A DNA stretch of 64,000 bases from the human T2T-CHM13v2.0 reference genome, Homo sapiens (GCF_009914755.1 NC_060939.1); one strand, 5' to 3'; numbered from the stretch's first letter, positions 1 through 13,310 are shown. A program made the numbers and translations. Notes: generated by a model from the letters alone, not told the origin.

Positions 1-186
1 ACCTGTTGAAGGGTACCTACGAAAAACCTACAGCTAACATGATACATAATGGCGAAATAACAAATGCTTTCTTTCTAATATCAGGAGCAAGATAAGGATA
101 TCAGTTCTTGTTACTTCTATTGAACATTGTTCTTGGGGTTCTAACCAGTGCAATGATGCAAAGAAAAGAAATTAAAGTATACAGAT

Positions 187-281
<95 letters not shown>

Positions 282-2190
282 CTATCTTTATTCCAAGACA
301 ATATAATCCTGTATAAGAAAATCCTAAGGAATCTACCAAAAAAAAAAAAAAAAAGTCCAGAAAAGTCACAGAATACAACATCAGTATACAAAGAGCAGTC
401 ATAGTTTTATATACTAACAATGAACAATCAGAAAATTAAATTACAAAGCAATTCAATTCACAATTACATCAAAAGGAATAAGATTTATAGTAATAAATCT
501 AATGACAAAAGTGCATAATTTGTGCACTGAACAAAACATTGCCAAGATAAGTCGAAAAATCTTTAAATAAGTGGAGAGGCATTCCATGTTCACAGAATGG
601 AAAAATCAATACTGTTAACATTTCTTCACAAATTGACCTGTAGATTAAAGGTAATCTTTATCAAAATCTCAATGCAATGTTTTGTGGAAACTGACAAGTT
701 GAAGGTAAAATTTATATGGAAATGCAAAGGACCCAGAGTAGCCAAAACAATTTAGAAGAAGAAGAATAAAGTTGGAGGACTTCAAAACTTACTACAAAGC
801 AACAGTAATCAAGAGACTATGGTACTAGAGTAAGAACAGAGATTAGATCAATGAAACAGAATAGAAAGGCCAGAAATAAACCCTTCTGGTTACGGCTAAC
901 TGATTTTCAGCAAAAGTGTCAAGGAAATTCAATGAGAAAAGATGGTCTTTTCAACAAATAGTACTAGTAACATTGGATATGGATATGTACATGCAAAACA
1001 GTTGACCCTCACCTCACACCATATACAAAAATTAATTCAAAATGGATCACAGACTTAAATATAAGAGCTAAAACTATGCAACTTCTAGAAGAAAACATGA
1101 GAAAAATTTTAAGATCTTGGGTAGGCAAAGAGTTCTTAGATAAAATATCAGAAGCACAATTCATAAAAGAAAAAGACTGATAATTTAGACATCATCAAAA
1201 TTAAAAATGTTTATACTTCAAAAGGCGCCATTACGAAAATTAAAAAGACAAGTCACAGGCTGGAAGAAAATATTTCCAATATCTGATAAAGAACTTGCAT
1301 TAAAAACTACAAGGAACTCTTACAACTCAATAAGAAGATAACCCAATTTTAAAAGCCGGCAAGACATTAGAGTAAACATGTTACCAAAGAAGATACATGA
1401 ATAGGCACATGAAAAGATGTTCAACACCACTAATCATTAGGAAAATAAAAATGAAAACCACAGGACATCATTTCACATCCACTAGAATGGTTATAATGAA
1501 AAAGAAAGACAGTAAAATAGTTGTGAGAATATGGAGAAACTAGAACCCTCACTCATTGTTTAATGGGAATGTAAAATGGTACAGCTACCTTGGAAAATAA
1601 TTAGGCAGTTTCTTAAAAAGTTAAATATAAACTTGGCATATAATCCAGCAATTCTACACCTAAATATCCACCCAAGAGAAGAAATACATATGGTCAGACA
1701 AAGACTTGTATGTGAATGTTAATAGCAATATTATTCATAATAGCCCCATACTGGAAACAATCAAAATGTCCATCAGCTGGTGAATGTATGAACAAAATAT
1801 GATATATCCTTACAATGGAATATTACTCCACAATAAAAAGGAATAAACTACATGCTACAACATTATGCCAAGTGAAAAAAGCCAAATATAAAATAATATG
1901 TGTTATAAGATTCTATTTATTTGAAAGGTCCAGAAAAGGCATATCTATAGAGACAGAAAGTGTATTAGTGGTTGCCCAGGGCTCTGGGAGAGAGCAAGGA
2001 TTTTTTGCCAACAGGTGTAAGAAATCTTTTGGGGGATGACCGAAATGTTCTGAAACTAGATTGTGGTAATGGTTGCATAACTCTAAATTTACTAAAATTT
2101 GAATTAAATTGAATTGAATTATACACTTAAGATGGGTGAATTTTATGGTATGTAAATTACACCTCCATGATGCTTTTTTGAAAAAAAAAA
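1..2190 (+). mobile_element. Old L1 (L1MB/L1ME-type): degraded 3' ORF2 and 3' UTR, continuing beyond the left edge
   Basis: ORF2-like motifs (gaaaaacctacagctaacat, aaaattaattcaaaatggatcacagacttaaa, catgaaaagatgttcaacaccactaatcattagg); 3' end gggtgaattttatggtatgtaaattacacctc plus A tail. Confidence 0.9.
187..280 (+). repeat. (AAAG)n tetranucleotide microsatellite, ~23 units with one AAG interruption
   Basis: Read directly. Confidence 0.98.
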
Positions 2191-2466
2191 TCAATTCACA
2201 AACCAATTCTTATATTTACCTAAAAAGATGCACACGTTGTCAACTAATACAACCTACAAGTCTGTGGTCAGATATTCTACTTCTATCTCAACTGTATGGA
2301 CTTAATACTCTTTCTGTTTGTTTTGGTTTTGGTTTCTTACACTCACTGGATAAGTAAGCTTTATATATCTAACCACCTGGGGCAGATACTAAACCTGTTT
2401 TCCAATCATATTTTTCCTGTTTTTTAGAAGCCATTTTTTCCAAACTAATCCTAGGACTTAACACAG

Positions 2467-2530
2467 TTGGCTTATCTAAGGATCAAACCTGCGGTTATGA
2501 CCTCATTAACATCACGTTCTAGCAAATAAG
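2467..2530 (-). mobile_element. tRNA-Ile(AAT)-derived SINE head relic (MamSINE1-like) or decayed tRNA pseudogene
   Basis: Reverse complement aligns collinearly with recalled tRNA-Ile-AAT (~64% by eye, mostly transitions); AAT anticodon and degenerate B-box ggtttgatcc retained. Confidence 0.65.
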
Positions 2531-3514
2531 ATTCTTTACATAAATCTATATCACATTCCTTACCTTTTCATGAAGAGATCAATAAAAGGATGTATACACA
2601 TACATAAATACACATGCAAAAAATTTGTTTTGTGCCTCTGCTACTGTAAATGTTGGGAAAACTTTGAAAAAAAAAAAAGGGAGGTGTGAAATGAGATACT
2701 CACGTAACTTCAGAACCTTAGGGTGAGAAGATTATGGAGACAGTCATCCTCATGAAATTCATGACTCCCCTATCTAACATTTCTTAAAATGTTTTCCTGA
2801 ATCTGTTGAACACTCTAGGTGATAGGGTGCTCACTACATTTAAACTGGAAAAGTCAATTCTTGCTCAGTTATTGATTGAATCACTTGCCCCATACTCATT
2901 TATTTAAAACAAAAGAGCAATGTTATTGCTCTTATTTATTCTGCAGTCATGGAGCTAAAAAAGAAAGCCTTTCAGTCAGCTAAGGAGAGAGAGCTGGTGT
3001 GAATGTGCTGACCAGCCCAGGCAAACTGGCATCTGCTGGCCAGGCTGCAGGGGATGGGTGGGCAGATCCAAGAGGAAAGGTGATTGGAAGGGATTCTGCC
3101 TGTGGATGAAGGAGCTTGTGTTATAGGCCTTCCAGGGCCTAAGGAAAATGGTCTGTTGACTAATAGTGAGGGTACATTGTTTGCTGGAAAGCAGAGTTCA
3201 CAAGCCCCAGAGAAAGGCCAAAGATCTAGTATAAACTAGCTGGAGGCTATTCAGAAACCAAGGGCAATGCACGTTCAGGGACAAATGCTAGATTCCCACT
3301 GAGCCACAGGTCAGCATGGGTATGAGAAGTCCAAGGCTGGTCCAACATTTTAGCAACACCCATCAGCCTGATTTAAATAACACTCCTACAAAGAGTCAGG
3401 TACAAAATGTGAAATGAATCTTGGAATTCATCCATCCACCACTGATAGCATTTATCACTGGTTTAAACTAGGTATAGCAGAACAATGGCACCCTGGTAGA
3501 TCTGTCTTAGGCCT

Positions 3515-4300
3515 ACAACAAATCCAAATTAGATTAAAGCATCAAATATATTTAAAAATCGAACCACAAAAAACTGGAAGAACATGAATAAAAATATTTA
3601 TTGAATCTTTGAAAGCACAAAGACTTTCTAATCTTAAAAGCCATAGATAAATCACGAGGAAAAGGACCACATGTAAAATGAAAATAAAAATATATGTACA
3701 CTAATACAAATTTAAATACCTGCAAAAATATTTAAAGTAAAGAAGATTAAAAAAAGATTTAAGAACCTATTTCAATAAAGAGTAAATGTCTATTGTTGGG
3801 AATAAGCAAGGATTTTTCTTTCTTTTTTATTATTTAAAAAATCCCTATGATGGCAAGAATGAGGTGAAACCAAAACTTAGACATGCAGGTGCACACGTGA
3901 CCACATTCATAATAGGTAGTAAGGGCTTTAAAGTGCCTGTAGCCATCCTCCAACAATTTCACTCCATTCTAAATACAAAAAACACTCTGTGTTCAAAGAT
4001 GTTACACATAACGAAATAACAGAAAAAAATTAAAGCTAAGGGTAGAGCCCAAATGCTTAAAAAATGAAAACACAGGGTTATATAGTATTTTAAAATGTGT
4101 ATGTGTGGAAAACATATAATACAAACTGAATTTATGTTGTGATTGCAAAGAAATTTACTATGTAAAGAAAAATAGAAACTAGAAGGAAATATAGTCAGGC
4201 AAATATTAACTGTGATTATATTAGTATGGTAGGTAGTTTCTTCGCTACTTCCCAAACTTTCTTAAATGAGCATATTAAACATTAATAGCAGTCACTCAGG
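3515..4300 (+). mobile_element. Highly degraded L1ME-type fragments
   Basis: A-rich, with residual motifs from the ORF2 end and 3' UTR. Confidence 0.55.
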
Positions 4301-6289
4301 GACCTATGAGTATTTTCTCCAATTTCTCTGCACTTTTCTAAATTAAAAAAAATACTTTTCACATTATCTATTATGAATATGGATTACTTTGATATCAGGA
4401 TTTCTTAAGTAAAGGATCGAAATGTTAAAAGGTCTTTGAGAAAAATTCTGAACATTATAAATGAAGGATTCTCAATGCTGAAACTACCAAGCTAATAAAT
4501 AAGTAATGTGCTTTCTGTAAAAAGAAATCATGTATTATTAATCTCTACCTTTGTAGGGGCAAGAGGAGGTCAGAAAAAGAAAAGGCCAACCAAGTTTTCA
4601 ATAAAGGGGAGAATTAAAATTAGATTTTCCAAGACTGTCACAAAATCACTGAAGAAGCTCCAGACCAGAAACAGTAAAAAAATTTTTAAGAAATAAGCAA
4701 CAATTTAATTAGTTTGTTAAAAAAAAAAACAAAGACCCCTCAAAGAATAGGAAGCAAAGAGCCCCCAAGGATCAGTACTGGGGATTGTCTAAAACGGCAT
4801 TTTTAAAAAAATCTTGGAGAGAAAGTGTACAAGTAAAATCTACACAGTTACAAATGGCCACGAAATCATACACATAGTAAATTGACAAGATTAAAAACTC
4901 TAGCACAAATTCATGATGGCAGTCACCTCTGGAGAGAGGAATGGCAAAGGAACTAGGGAGAAAAAGAGGGACATAAGCTTTATCTGAGATGCTCTGGTTC
5001 GTTCATTTAAAATTCATGAAATGTTGACATTTGTTAATACCAGGTAGACAGTTTAAATATGGTTGTCTTATTAGTCACTGCACTGTTTTGCATTTAAATT
5101 TTTTTAAAAAACAAGAGGCGAAGGGCTCCAAACAGAGACAAGTAGACTAGTTGCGAACATCTGTTAAGTGTGAAAAGGGGGAACAATGGGAGGATGTGGG
5201 CATGGTTCTGCAGATAAATGAAGGGCACCTGCTGGGGATGAGCCAGCGAGGTGGGAAAGACCAGCTCATGGGAGGCTTTGTCTGGTCCACTAAGGAGTTT
5301 GAGCATTATCCGAAAACAGGAGGCTAAGAAAGCGTTTCAACTAAGAAAGAAATCTTTCTTTGAGATCTATCTTTTGGGATTGTCTCAAATTGTTTTTGCA
5401 AGTTTGTGTTTTTCCATATATTTATATATACATATGCTGAGTTATGTGATGATTATGGCCCAGAATACACAACACAGCTCAAATTATACATTGGAACTTC
5501 ATATCTATAACTCATATCATGATGCCCATTAATCTTAAAATGGTGCATAAAGTGATAGCTATCACATTGTTGTACTAACCATCACTATGATCTCATATCA
5601 CAACAGAATATAATAAATTGTAAATTAAACAATATGGCTTATAGTGTTATAAAAATAAAAAAGGACAATGGCTAAATTTTAAAATAACAATAATAATTAA
5701 GATTATTCCAAAACAGGTCTTACAAGGCTAAGTGAATGGAGAGTTAAAGACTAAATAAGCTTCAGCACATGTAAAATCATGGTCATAAGAAAGAAAATAT
5801 ATATTACCCTCCTAAGGCATAGCTCTCAATTAATGATTTGTGGCCAGCAAGGAGATCTTGGATTCTCATCAGTCCCTTGAAGTCTGTCATGTTCCCTTTA
5901 ACCAGATTCTTGGCAAACAATTAAAGGAACCATCAGAACCAGACTGAGGCTTTGACTGAGCCTGCTCCCCCAGGAAAACCTCTGCTATCAAGAGACCCTG
6001 GGCAGTACCATCAAAGAACTCTTCTCTGATGAGGGTAGGCTGTGCAGACAGGCCAGGACGCCATGGATTTTTAGAAGCCAGTGATGGTCACTCCTCTACT
6101 GACTGTGGATGAATGAGGGGTCCCAGATTAAACCCAGCCTTGGTGCAGCCTTGCAGAGCCCTGGCTGAGGGTTAGGCCTCTTTAGCCTTGTCCCGACCGC
6201 ACGGGTCCTGTTCTCATGGTGTGGAGCAGAGACCATGAAGCTGTGTGATACTCAGGCTGTGGCACTGGCCTAATTACCTTGTTAATTAA

Positions 6290-6740
6290 TTCAGAGCACA
6301 TTCCTGAGTCCTTGCAATGGTCAGTGGTACAATATTAGACCCTAAAGATACAAATGTAAGTAAGACAGAGCCTCTGTCTTGAGTGTACAACCTAGATGGG
6401 GAGATAAGTATAGACAGTGAAATGAACCAGTGTGATTATCCTGGAAGTACAAACAATGTTTTGGAAATAGAGAAGTGATTCTTCTGTGAATGGCTAATGG
6501 AAGCTTTCTCATCTGACAAATCAGTAAGAATGTCAAATGGAAGGAGCAGCATGGATGAAGCATGGCACTGCAAACATATACTGTAGATTGTGGATTGTTG
6601 TTTGTGACAGCAAGAGATAAGGCTGAAAAGGTCTGCTGCTTCCAGGTTGTAAATGGCCTGGTGGCTCTGGCAAAGGAGTCTGGACTTTTTCCTAAAGGCA
6701 GTAGGAAGTGGTTAATGATCCAATGCATGTTTTAAAAATA
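6290..6740 (-). mobile_element. L2 fragment
   Basis: Antisense L2 motifs (aaggagtctggactttttcctaaaggcagtaggaag). Confidence 0.6.
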
Positions 6741-7513
6741 TAACTCTTACTTGCCCATTCAAAAAAAAAAAAACATATTAAGCACCTACTTTGTACAGGC
6801 ACCACGTACAGATAACATCTATATCCTAAACAGCTCTCAATCTTCTTATCACTATAAAACCAGCCAATATAAATGCAATAAGCTAGAAAAGATTCCAAGA
6901 AATGTTAATAAAATGATTAGAAACATAGAAAAGATCAAGAGTATGCAGTGGCTTCCATGTGACATCAGATCAGGACAATCAGGAGGCTTCCATTTGGAAA
7001 CTCAAGCCTGACACAAAATAGCATCCAATTTTATGAATATCACTGTTGTTTTGTTCATTTAATTTTGAATGTTAATTTAAAAGAACAAATATTGATGATG
7101 ACTGCATCACATATAAAGATATTAATACTAAAATCTACTAAAATTCTGAGGTTATGTTAGATGAAAATAACACAAAAGCACCATTTTACTCAACAGTTAG
7201 GCATTCCTATAGGTTAAACATAAAAACGGGTTCCAGAAGGGAACATTTGCAGATTAGAGACGGGAAATAGTTCACGTGTGACACGAAGTATAAACTCAAG
7301 TAAATACCATGAAAGACAGGAGTATTCTTTCAGAGATGGCCCCTGCCCACAATCACAGATAACAAAATGAGGATGAAAGAGCAATTGCTCTAGCATGGAC
7401 TTTAGAGTCTTGCAACTCGTATTAAATGTTAAAGTCTCCACACTCCAAATAATGCTCTGGCAAGGAAATGGTAAACCAGCTTTAGAGCTCCGCTCAATTC
7501 TTTATGTATTTAC

Positions 7514-7515
<2 letters not shown>

Positions 7516-7544
<29 letters not shown>

Positions 7545-7556
7545 TGTATGTATGTA
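7516..7556 (+). repeat. (TATG)n microsatellite in the L1 tail
   Basis: Read directly. Confidence 0.95.
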
Positions 7557-7991
7557 TTTAGGGGGTACAAGCGCAGGTTTCTTACATGCACATATTGCAT
7601 AATGGCAAACTCTGGCTTTTACTGTACCCATTATCTGAATTGTGAGCATTGTACCCAATAGGTAATTTTTCAACTTTCACCCTCCTCCTACCTTCTCACC
7701 TTTGGTAGTCTCCAATGTCCATCATTCCACTCTCTCTGTCCAAGTGTACCCACTGTTTAGCTCACACTTATAAGTGAAAACATGTAATATTTGGCTCTGT
7801 CCAACCTCTGCGGAAAACAGTATGGACATTTCTCAAAGAACTAATCCAACAATATCTACCCAAAGGAAGAGAAATCATTATATTAAAAAGACGCCTGTAC
7901 TCATATTTTTATCACAGCACTATTCCCAAAGCAAAGATATAGAATCAACATAAGGATTCATCAATGGAGGGCTGGATAAAGAAAATGTGAG

Positions 7992-7993
<2 letters not shown>

Positions 7994-8039
<46 letters not shown>
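7994..8039 (+). repeat. (AC)23 dinucleotide microsatellite
   Basis: Read directly; uninterrupted. Confidence 0.98.
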
Positions 8040-8040
<1 letters not shown>

Positions 8041-8844
8041 ATGGAATACTACTCTGCCATAAAAAAGAATAAAATCATGTTTTTTGCAGCATCATGGTTA
8101 GAACTGGAAAGCATTATCCTAAGTAAAAGAATAGAAACAGAAAGTCCACTTACTTCTTAGCCTGACATATCAAGCTGGGAAGGGGCACATAGTAAACTGG
8201 GAAACAGAAGAGCAAGAGGACCAAAACTCACATGGAGTGGTCTCACCTACTTGTCTGAAGTATTATGAAGTCTCAGTATTGTTGACTCTCAATGAACACA
8301 ACAAAACACCTTGGAAAACCAATGATTTTGAAATGACTCTCCATTTAACTTACCTCCAAACTCCATCTGCTCCCATCATCTCCCTCCCTTCATGGTGAAC
8401 TACCTGCCGTTTCCCTGACAACGTTGTCTTCTTCTTCCAGGTCGTATCCTTTCTTGCAAGTCATTTCATTTTTCATCAACTCTTACATATTCTTTTAGGC
8501 TCTACAAATCCTTAATTTTCCAATCCTTAATTCTCTGGAAAAAAATTGTCCTTGACCTCTCAGCCTGATTAAATGTTTTTTTCCCCCTCTACTCTGATCT
8601 CCCTTTGTGCACATGTCTAATATAGCATTATCACTCTGTACTGGACTCCTTCATTTACCCATGGGTTGATCCCAACAGACCATAAGCTGGAGGGCAGGAA
8701 CCTTGTTTTATTGGTCTTTGTGCCTTAGCACATCCAGTGCCTGCTGGAGGAATGAAGGGAAGGTGGGAGGGAGGGAGAGATAGATGCAGGGAAGAGAGGG
8801 ACTAAAATGAATTTCTGGCTTAAAAATGACACCATTGATGCACT

Positions 8845-9110
8845 CGTTCATTCATTCATTCATTCAACAATTTTTATCAAGAGCCTACTAAGTGTCACAC
8901 ACCACTCTTGTAGCTAAGGATACAACAAAGTGTGGGGGATGGTGGGAGCAGTGGCAAACAAAATGTCTGCCCTCATGGAGTTTAATAATGTCATGGAAGA
9001 ACTAGGTCAGACAGAAAATATACTATATGTTAGATGGAGGATGTGTTGTGGAGAACTGTACAGCAGAGAAGGTAGATAAGGGATCTTGGAGGAGGGGTCT
9101 CTGTGAAAAA
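8845..9110 (-). mobile_element. L2 3' end
   Basis: cattcattcattcaacaa...gagcctactaagtg...tgccctcatggagttt is the antisense L2 tail. Confidence 0.75.
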
Positions 9111-10704
9111 TAAGCTACTGTGTTTCCCATTCAATGCCTCAGCACCAAATTTTATTATTTTTATTGCCCTCATATAAGGAATTCATGCTTTCCTGCATTA
9201 GCATCCCTTCCAATAGCAATTCTTTTAGAACTCATAATTCTCAGGTCATTTTTTTTAACCTCAGCCTTTTTTTCTGATGCCCAACATCAATTGGACTATA
9301 AATCTGTCATATACTACTACTCGTTTAGGTCTCTCCAAGTTATAACCCATGTGGTCCAGCCAAGATACAGAGATTCCCAAAAATGCTTTCATCACATCCC
9401 AGCTGGAATCTCTTAATTCATTATTTTCAGGTCTAGCCAGTACCTCCTGTGAGCACTTGCTGTACAGAAATAACTAGGTCACAATAGTGTTCTCAAGATT
9501 CTGAATCCCTAATTACAATTCCCCCATGATAAAGGCATGAGGGTACATATTTACATGAACCAAAGTTTTTCCTTTCTCAAGCCAAGTAACATTTTCTCTT
9601 GTATAATTTGAGTCAGAAACTCAGTTCTCAAAATTAAAAAGTATTTCAGGTTTATAAACCACTGATTAATTCCAAGGGGGGGCATTCAAACATCTACCAC
9701 CACTCTTTCCTGGCCTACTTAAATCGCCCTTTTTTTCCTCTCATTTTATCCATTGTAATATGCTCTGGCATTTTCACAATAAGAATGCAATCAGAAAACA
9801 GACAGACTGGCCTCTTAAATAAACAAAGCCTGTTATTTCTTGAATTAAGTGGTTCAAAGAATGCTCATTGCCCCGCCTTCCCTGAAGTTTCTTTAGTCAA
9901 TGGCTTGTGATTACTCAGCAGTGCCATTTCTACTTTTTGTTTCATGTGTTGGTGACGTTCCATAATGCACGAATTAATGTAAGTTAGGAAGTGAGCCAGC
10001 TAATAGGGCATGATCGTCCTTTTTGCAACGCCTTCCTACAAGGTCTCAGGTGCCATATGCCGCTAAGATTAATATATTTGTAACATATGTCTTGTTGTAA
10101 AAGCAGTCTTCAGCTGGCACCACATGATTGATTTGTGCAGCCTAACAATTCAAAAAGAAATTAAGCTGTTACTATGTGCTTGTTACTAAAGTAATATTTA
10201 TCTTTATACAAACCAACCATCGTTTACATGCAATCTACAAAAAAAAAATTGAAGATTGGCATATGTATTTTTGGACAGAGAATGGGAGTAGGGAATTGAA
10301 AGTGATGCTACTGGTTCGTGTATTTGAGAAGAAAATATATTTTAAAATCAAACCTTCTAAGGTTGGCAAGTAGTTCAAATTCATTTTTAGTTCATTCATT
10401 AAAAGGGAGAAAGTGGAAAGAAAAATCAAATCTGCATGGGAAGAAGCACAAAGTAGCTACATCCACATGGCTGTTCCCAAGCCTGTCCACAGGGATAATG
10501 ACTGAATGTTAGGGATGATAGTTTTGCTGGTACTAATGTTATTTTTTCAGGCTGTGTGGCAATACTGTGAACTGGATCCACTAGAAGTGTCTGTGGTTTG
10601 ACGTATCCTTTGTTAATGTTCCACTCCTAGGCGTGTGCTCTCCAAAGCGCATCCTATAATTTATTTTTAAGTGAAAAATGTCAGCTGTAGAAATGCATCT
10701 CCAA

Positions 10705-11240
10705 GTCTTTTGGGTATATACCCAGTAATGGGATGGCTGGGTCAAATGGTACTTCTAGTTCTAGATCCCTGAGGAATCGCCACATTGACTTCCACAATGG
10801 CAAATGTCCAACAATGATAGACTGAATTAAGAAAATGTGGCACATATACACCATGGAATACTATGCAGCCATAAAAAATGATGAGTTCATGTCCTTTGTA
10901 GGGACATGGATGAAATTGGAAACCATCATTCTCAGTAAACTATCGCAAGAACAAAAAACCAAACACCGCATATTCTCACTCATAGGTGGGAATTGAACAA
11001 TGAGATCACATGGACACAGGAAGGGGAACATCACACTCTGGGGACTGTTGTGGGGTGGGGGGAGGGGGGAGGGATAGCATTGGGAGATATACCTAATGCT
11101 AGATGACGAGTTAGTGGGTGCAGCACACCAGCATGGCACATGTATACGTATGTAACTAACCTGCACAATGTGCACATGTACCCTAAAACTTAAAGTATAA
11201 TAATAAAAATAAAAATAAAAAAGGGGAAAAAAAAAAAAAA
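10705..11240 (+). mobile_element. Young L1PA2-like insertion, 5'-truncated with 5' inversion (10705-10800 antisense, 10801-11240 sense)
   Basis: Near-consensus 3' UTR; GAG (not ACA/ACG) at gatgacGAGttagtggg and cttaAagtataat argue against L1HS-Ta; perfect 16-bp TSD agaaatgcatctccaa at 10689-10704 and 11241-11256. Confidence 0.95.
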
Positions 11241-13310
11241 AGAAATGCATCTCCAACTTGTTAAAGCTCGCAGACACTTTCAGTGACCTTATACCAAAGT
11301 GGTAAGCACAGCTTTGAAAGGAGGGCAGGCAGGGCAAATGCAATTTGAGGCACAGAGATTTCACCACGAGCACTGAATCTTGCTTGTATGTCATAACAAA
11401 TATCTGGATGTAGCAATTAGAGCAGAGAATAAGAAGTTTTTCCTTGCATGCTTACAACAGAACATTTCTTGACCCCCCAAAAAATAAATTCTTAAAAATT
11501 CCATATCAGCTGAATTTAGGAACAATTCTATCTATGAAGCAAAACAGTTATATAATTCCTGTTTGGCCTACTGCTGAATTTTAATAATGGCCATTATTTT
11601 TCTTCTTATATTACAATTTCATCTACATACAGTTGAATATATAGCTCTACTACCATCTCAAAAAAGCAGGGAAGGAAGAAGGTTGACATTTTCATCTTTT
11701 AGAAAGTCTCAACTCCCCAGAAGCTACCTTTCTGAAACCTATGGACATCTGGAATAGCTCAGGTCTCTGAAGAATAATGAGGAGAACATTTCTGGAAATC
11801 TTTTGACTGAGACGTGGACTTCTTTCACTAATCTATAAATCTTATCTCAGTCCACATCACTCTGGAAAAGAACACTTTATGTCCCATCCCTTCACAAAGT
11901 GAAAAAGCTACTAAGTTATAAATCAGGCTCTTCCAAGCTCATATGTCCTAAGAAGGGCTCTTAATAATAAATCCCTATTTAATCAAACTCATGCACACTT
12001 AGATTCAATTAATCTAAACTGTGGTATGTGGTAGGGTCCACAGCTTTTTAGCAACCCAATACGACTAAAAGAATTGCCACTAGTATTAACTTCCTGAAGT
12101 TAACAAAGGAGTCTATTAAATAAATAATGAATAAACCAGAGTCAGTGGAGAGCTACAAAATATGTTTTGAAATTGAAGGGACACAGTCAGACATTTCTGT
12201 TTCATTCTCTTTCTTTCTCTCTTACAGTTACTGAAGTTAAAAAAAGCTTGAAATTTCCACCCTTCTTGGTATTTCTCAATCCAGCCTCTTAGTTTCATTT
12301 TCTTTTCCTTCCTTGTCCAGTTTTTCCAATTGCTTCTAAGCCAACAGATCCTCATACCTACCCACACCATGGCGCTATCAAAGAAGAATATACAGTCATC
12401 ATGCATGCACTAGGACCATTCATCCCTGACAGTCAGACAAGCGTGACATTTGTATTTCTTGGGGCAACTGAAGAACACCTTTTTAAAGTTTGCCATTTCC
12501 TAGCACTATGAAACACGTGGTAGAGCCCCTGCCCTTTGGAGATCAAGCAATCGATCAATCAGTCTCTTTCTCCACCTCTCCTTAGAAACTCTACGTTATA
12601 TCCCTCTGACATAAGCTTTTTAGGCTTTCTAGGATGCTTCAGCCAAGTATTATCTTCTGCTCCAAGTGCACTCGGTAACTGGCTTCTCCATATGACTTGG
12701 CAAGATAATGCTCAGTCTACGAATGGCAGATAACCCTACAGTCAAAAGACCGGGTTGTTCTGAGCACCCACAGGAAGGCATGGGAAAAAAAGAAACATCT
12801 ACTTTAGGCCATTCCAGTGATGCTAGACTATGCCAAAAGCCACACACCCAAATCTGAATTTCTTCTGAAAGCCAAACTTCCTTGTGACCAAATGTTTCTC
12901 AGGGGGAAAAAACTGATAGTACATTAATCCATGTCACTTCAGGCTACCCAGAGTGATCCATTTTAATTATTTTCATTCTTATCTCCCTATTTTCAGCCAC
13001 AGATTAGCTACAGTTACTATTCTATCCTAAAGAGATAAACGAAAGCCAATTATAATTTCATAATCAAGTATAGCGAGCCAGAGGGGTAGGAAACTACCCA
13101 CCAAAACAGAGACTAAAACTGCATGCACTTGTATAGTGGGGCAGACAAGAGCCAAACACCAACTCTGACATGACTTGAACTTGCTGTCATTGAGTAACTG
13201 AGGCTGGGTGAGCTCAGAACATCATCACAGCAATGCACCAACAAATCATGCACTACACCATCAACCCATGTCCTATTGCAAAAAGTGATCAGCTGTATAT
13301 ATGCCAGATC

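Larger units (their letters stand above)
7500..8146 (-). mobile_element. 5'-truncated, 5'-inverted older primate L1 (L1PA15/16 or L1PB-like): 3' end on minus (7500-7800), inverted piece on plus (7801-8146)
   Basis: Antisense 3' UTR (gggtacaagcgcaggtttcttacatgc...cacttataagtgaaaacatg) abuts sense L1 ending at agaaacagaaagtc, which adjoins the start of the antisense piece in the consensus; decayed TSD ccgctcaattctt / ccacttacttctt. Confidence 0.85.

Noticed and set aside
101-420. ORFs with FLSF repeats
   Set aside because: Artefact of the (AAAG)n microsatellite
2210-2235. Recursive splice-like catctttttag|gtaaat on minus
   Set aside because: Short pyrimidine tract and weak donor; such motifs are common by chance
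10861-11394. 177-aa minus-strand ORF
   Set aside because: Antisense translation of the L1PA2 3' UTR
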